64,000 nt of DNA from an uncultured Gemmatimonadaceae bacterium (GTDB taxonomy: Bacteria > Gemmatimonadota > Gemmatimonadetes > Gemmatimonadales > Gemmatimonadaceae), in the NCBI GenBank assembly GCA_963740355.1, contig CAVUDW010000003.1, forward strand, positions 160,001 through 224,000, in the 5' to 3' direction. Position numbers and translations under genes: made by a program. The notes under the pieces are model-generated. The model did not search any database. It had not been told where the DNA came from and saw only the letters and a program-made list of their open reading frames with translations. Position 1 is the stretch's first letter, and each line of letters starts with the position of its first letter. This document shows positions 60,319-64,000 of this stretch, in pieces.

Positions 60319-61910
60319 GACAGCGCCGCCCGCAGCGCCGGGAGAATCTCGGGGAAGCAGTCGTCACGCGTCTTCAACTCGGTTGCGAAGGCATGCGCAT
60401 CCGTGAAATCGCCACTGGCGAAGCTGTCGTGCATCTTGGCCAGCAATTCCTCGAGATCGGAACAGTGCGAATGGAAGCGGTGATCCGCATAGTCCGCAGC
60501 TTCCGCCATCGTGATGATGAACTGCCAGTCACTCGACTGGGCGAGCAGGAGCGTGCGCGCAGCCTGCTCGAGCGACGTGTGCGCCAGCGGATCGCCGAGC
60601 GCGCGCCCCGCGATTTCCCAGAACGCATTCTCGAGCGGCCACAGTCGGCGCCAGGTGTGCGCGACCTTCGGCCCCACCCAGGTGGACCAGTCAGCGTGAG
60701 CACCCCAGGAGCCCGGCTCCACCGGAATGGCCGGCGCATGCGGATTGTCGCGCAAGTGCTGTGACGCCATCACCGGACGCAGCAACTGCGAGTGCTGCAA
60801 TTCGCGATACAGCTTGTTGAGGAACTCGGGGCCTTCGTACCACCAGTGGCCGAACAGCTCGGTGTCGAACGGCGCCATGATCAGCGTGGTGCCGAACGGA
60901 TGCTGTTCGCGAGCGATCGAATTCAACAGTGTGGCGAAGTGTCGCGCATGCTCCTCGACCTTGTTCTGTGCGACTTCCGGCCAGTACGGATGCTTGTGGC
61001 CGAGGTCCACGGTACGACCAGTGATGCGCCACAGCTTCAGGCCACCATTGTGATGCGTCTTGTGGAACTCGAGGTATGCCCCGTCACCCGGATAGCCGCC
61101 GTCCGCGCTCCAGATCTGGGCGGCCGTGCGCTGGTCACGTGCAAGCGCCGCGACATGCCCTTCACCATTCTCCTGCTTGATCCGATAGGCGCGATACGCG
61201 CTGCGTTCCTTGTGACGCCCCTGCACCAGCGGTGCATCGAGGGTCACGTACTGGAAACCGGCCGCGCGAACCTCGTGCTCGATGCCGTGCCGAATGCCAC
61301 GATTCGGTGCCTTCGGCAAGGGCTCCCACCAGCCGCCGGGACGATACGCGCACTCCGGCAACCAGCAGCCCACCGGCGTGCGACCGAAGAGTCGCTCGTG
61401 CTCACGGCGGCCAAGCTGCAGCTGGAACTTGATGCTTTCATCGCGACCGAGGAGCGGCAGGAAGCCGTGTGTGGCGGCAGAGCCCGTGATCTCGATCCGG
61501 CCTTCGTCGGCCAGCCGCTTGAACTCGCCGAGGATGTCGGAGTTGAGCGAGCGATAGAGGTCGCGATACTTGGTCAGCGTCGCTGCATGCACGCCGCAGA
61601 CATGGCTCAAGCCATCGTCGCCGTTGGCTGCGAACGCTTTCCCTTCCGTCTCGTAGCTCTCGAGCTTGCCTGCGATCCACTTCTCGAAGATTGCCGGGAA
61701 TGTGGGATGCGCGAGCTGGTTGGCGAGAATCGGCGTGATGCCGAGGGTGAGCGGCGCCCAGACGTTGTCACCTTGCAGCCACCGCATCTTCTCGATCAGC
61801 GGCAGGTAGGTCTCGACGGTGGCCTCGGACAACCAGTCGCTGCCGTGCGGCCAGTCGCCGTGATTGAGCACCCACGGGAGATGCGAGTGCAGCTGTAGGA
61901 CGAAGTCCAT
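60315..61910 (-). CDS. GH57 1,4-alpha-glucan branching enzyme (DUF1957 C-domain)
   Basis: LHSHLP, ETYLP, THGFLP, WLPECAY, PFDTELFGHWWYEG, QSSDW.F. Confidence 0.9.
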   Translation of the reverse strand: MDFVLQLHSHLPWVLNHGDWPHGSDWLSEATVETYLPLIEKMRWLQGDNVWAPLTLGITPILANQLAHPTFPAIFEKWIAGKLESYETEGKAFAANGDDGLSHVCGVHAATLTKYRDLYRSLNSDILGEFKRLADEGRIEITGSAATHGFLPLLGRDESIKFQLQLGRREHERLFGRTPVGCWLPECAYRPGGWWEPLPKAPNRGIRHGIEHEVRAAGFQYVTLDAPLVQGRHKERSAYRAYRIKQENGEGHVAALARDQRTAAQIWSADGGYPGDGAYLEFHKTHHNGGLKLWRITGRTVDLGHKHPYWPEVAQNKVEEHARHFATLLNSIAREQHPFGTTLIMAPFDTELFGHWWYEGPEFLNKLYRELQHSQLLRPVMASQHLRDNPHAPAIPVEPGSWGAHADWSTWVGPKVAHTWRRLWPLENAFWEIAGRALGDPLAHTSLEQAARTLLLAQSSDWQFIITMAEAADYADHRFHSHCSDLEELLAKMHDSFASGDFTDAHAFATELKTRDDCFPEILPALRAALS

Positions 61911-61915
61911 GGTGA

Positions 61916-63589
61916 TTAGCGAGCGGAGAGGACGGTACGATACAGATCGCGATAGCGCTCTTCCGAGCGTTCCCAGCCAAAGTCCCTCGCCATGGCGTCA
62001 CGCATCATCCGGAACCACTGGTCCCGGTCACGATAGGCAACGATGGCGCGTGCGATTGCCTCGGCGAACGCCGACGCCGAGAACTCATTGAAGACGAATC
62101 CGGTGACTCCATCATGCACCGTGTCCGCGAGACCGCCAACCCGCCGGACCAGCGGAACCGTACCGTAGCGCTGTGCGCGCATCTGCGTGAGGCCGCAGGG
62201 CTCGTAGCGGCAGGGCATGAGCAGGATGTCGCCGCCCGCCATCAGGCGGTGTTCGCGTTCGTCGGAGAAGTGTGTATTGATGAAGACGCGATCCGGGTAC
62301 CGCGCGGCAATGGCGCGCAGGCCGTCCACATACCGATGGTCACCGTTACCGAGGAAGACCCATTGTGCCTCGGCATTGAAGATCCAGGGATTCTCGAGGA
62401 TCAGGTCGAGCCCCTTCTGCTGCACGAGGCGCGCGGTCATGACGAAGATCGGAACATCCTGGCGCTCGGCGAGGCCCAGTTCGCGCTGCAGCGCCTGTCG
62501 GCAGACCGCCTTGTTGCCGATGTCCTCGCGCGAGAAGGGCGCGGCGATGTCCGGATCGCGGGACGGGTCCCAGCGCGTCTGGTCGATGCCGTTGAGGATG
62601 CCGACGAAGCGATCGCCCTTGAGCTGGAAGTTCTCGTGGAGGCCAAAGCCCCCTTCCGCTGTGCGGAGTTCCTCGGCGTGCGTCATGCTCACGGTGGTGA
62701 CCGCGTCGGCGAAGGAGATGCCGCCCTTGAGCAGGTTCATGCGGCCGTACCACTCGAAGCGGTCGAACGAATAGAGCGACATCGGCAGGCCGACGTCGTG
62801 CATGGTCTCCGGCGAATAGTGCCCCTGAAAGCCCGCGTTGTGGACCGTGAGCACCGTGGCCACGTCGCGGTGGTAGGGGCTATCTGCATACCAGGTGCGG
62901 AGATAGGCGAGTGCGAGACAGGTGTGCCAGTCGTGCGCGTGGAGCAGGACGGGAGCCGCGGTGATCCGCGGGAGCACGCGCATCGCGGCGGCGCAGAGGA
63001 AGGCGTAGCGTCGGGCACTATCGGCGTAGCTCCCGGTCTCGTCGCCATAGATGCCGGAGCGATCGAAGAAGTCGCGGTTGTCGATGAAGTAGACCGACGG
63101 CGGCGGTGCGGTGCCGCGCATGGCGATGATCTCCGTGGCGGCCTCGACAGGAAGCTTGTACAGCTGGGCACCGTGTGAACGGTAGGCGACCTCGACGGTG
63201 AATGGACCGTCGACCGGCTCCAGATTCGGGAACTGATCACGAATCTGCCTGTACAGCGGCATCAGGATCGCAACGTTGAGTCCGGCAGCAGCCTGATACG
63301 CAGCGAGGCTCGCGACCACCTCACCGAGACCACCGGTTCGTGCGATCGGAGCGAGCTCGGCCGTCAAGTGCACGACGGACACCGGCCTCGCATCGTTCGA
63401 CTTCAGCGGCTCCGACGGCGTCCGCTTGAGAAAGCGACCATCGGGACCACGAACCGCCTGCCCCGGCTTCGCACGCGCCGTTTTCTCAGCGGCACGTTTG
63501 GCTTTTGCGGCTGGCTTGGCGATCGCCTTGGGCGCGGGTTCTGGCGCCGTGGTGGGTTTCGCAGCCGGCTTGGGAGTCCGAGGAGGCAT
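61916..63589 (-). CDS. glgA: Glycogen synthase (GT5) with Pro/Ala/Lys-rich N-terminal extension
   Basis: RTGGLGEV, HAHDWH, TVHN..FQG, GILNGID, RLVQQKG, EPCGLTQM, GGLADTV. Confidence 0.92.
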   Translation of the reverse strand: MPPRTPKPAAKPTTAPEPAPKAIAKPAAKAKRAAEKTARAKPGQAVRGPDGRFLKRTPSEPLKSNDARPVSVVHLTAELAPIARTGGLGEVVASLAAYQAAAGLNVAILMPLYRQIRDQFPNLEPVDGPFTVEVAYRSHGAQLYKLPVEAATEIIAMRGTAPPPSVYFIDNRDFFDRSGIYGDETGSYADSARRYAFLCAAAMRVLPRITAAPVLLHAHDWHTCLALAYLRTWYADSPYHRDVATVLTVHNAGFQGHYSPETMHDVGLPMSLYSFDRFEWYGRMNLLKGGISFADAVTTVSMTHAEELRTAEGGFGLHENFQLKGDRFVGILNGIDQTRWDPSRDPDIAAPFSREDIGNKAVCRQALQRELGLAERQDVPIFVMTARLVQQKGLDLILENPWIFNAEAQWVFLGNGDHRYVDGLRAIAARYPDRVFINTHFSDEREHRLMAGGDILLMPCRYEPCGLTQMRAQRYGTVPLVRRVGGLADTVHDGVTGFVFNEFSASAFAEAIARAIVAYRDRDQWFRMMRDAMARDFGWERSEERYRDLYRTVLSAR

Positions 63590-63814
63590 GAGTTCGTTTC
63601 CGCGCGAGGGCACGCGCCGCCCGGGGAGATCCTCGGGGTGTGTCGATGGAGAAATGACGAGAGAACCGCGAGAACCGCGCGAGGCTGCCTCGGTCGCGAG
63701 CGAATGTGCCGACACTGCCAGCGAGCACTGCAGACCACTTTGGCAAGGTGCGCAGCCACCCCTCACAATTCCAGTAGGGGCACGGGTGCGGGACGGAATT
63801 GCCACATGTGCGTC

Positions 63815-63832
63815 TGTAGGCAACTGCCCGAC
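63815..63832. promoter_or_regulatory. TGTAGG-N6-CCCGAC box in the glgA/glgP divergent region
   Basis: TGTAGGCAACTGCCCGAC matches the boxes at 10748 and 10792. Confidence 0.45.
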
Positions 63833-63860
63833 TCAACCAGATCGCTCTAGTTTAGGTTAC

Positions 63861-64000
63861 GTGACCAATCCAATCCCCAGCCGGATCGCCGGCCTGCAAG
63901 AGCTCGCGAGCAATCTCTCGTGGAGCTGGAACCGTGAAGCGCGTGCGCTTTTCGCGTCCATCGATGACCGTTTGTGGCTCGCCACGCGCCACAACCCCGT
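63861..64000 (+). CDS. glgP: Alpha-glucan (glycogen) phosphorylase, 5' fragment running off the window (not in the ORF track)
   Basis: My translation from GTG 63861: MTNPIPSRIAGLQELASNLSWSWNREARALFASIDDRLWLATRHNP, the classic phosphorylase N-terminus. Confidence 0.85.
   Translation, partial: MTNPIPSRIAGLQELASNLSWSWNREARALFASIDDRLWLATRHNP

Noticed and set aside
63661..63679. GAGAACCGC tandem duplication in the glgA leader
   Set aside because: Only two short copies. Not a CRISPR or a meaningful repeat array.
63590..63860. Several TGGCA/GGCAC words as possible sigma-54 promoters
   Set aside because: None has TTGC at the required -12 spacing.

Overview
GC-rich bacterial chromosomal window. The gene styles (fused ccoNO, Oar-like TonB receptor, VPS10 protein) suggest Gemmatimonadota, which is an inference. 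I found no rRNA, tRNA, CRISPR array or transposase. Main blocks: (1) 1-8.8 kb: mixed genes, including an MgtC-DUF4010 membrane protein, an orphan protein resembling a contractile-injection-system domain, an MCP and a dihaem cytochrome c. (2) 8.85-19.1 kb: a FixL-like haem-PAS kinase and a NarL/FixJ-type regulator next to a complete, translationally coupled cbb3 oxidase operon (ccoNO-Q-P-G-H-DsbD2-I-S); ccoQ is in frame with ccoNO. (3) 19-52 kb: accessory and housekeeping genes, including ornithine cyclodeaminase, a SAM-II riboswitch before a frameshifted metX, a GT2/LAB_N/ArnT trio, a PAS-GGDEF-EAL protein, Rrf2, a TonB receptor, ChaN, a VPS10 protein, a frameshifted LTA-synthase-like gene and a patatin. 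(4) 52.7-64 kb, the best candidate for an undescribed system: a tight nine-gene operon joining glycogen synthase and a GH57 branching enzyme to four ATP-grasp-type ligases, two serine esterases and a YbdK/GCS2 ligase, divergent from glycogen phosphorylase. A TGTAGG-N6-CCYGAC box occurs both upstream of the cco operon and in the glgA/glgP divergent promoter. Three apparent single-base insertions suggest possible assembly errors. All family calls come from motif recognition by eye, not database searches.
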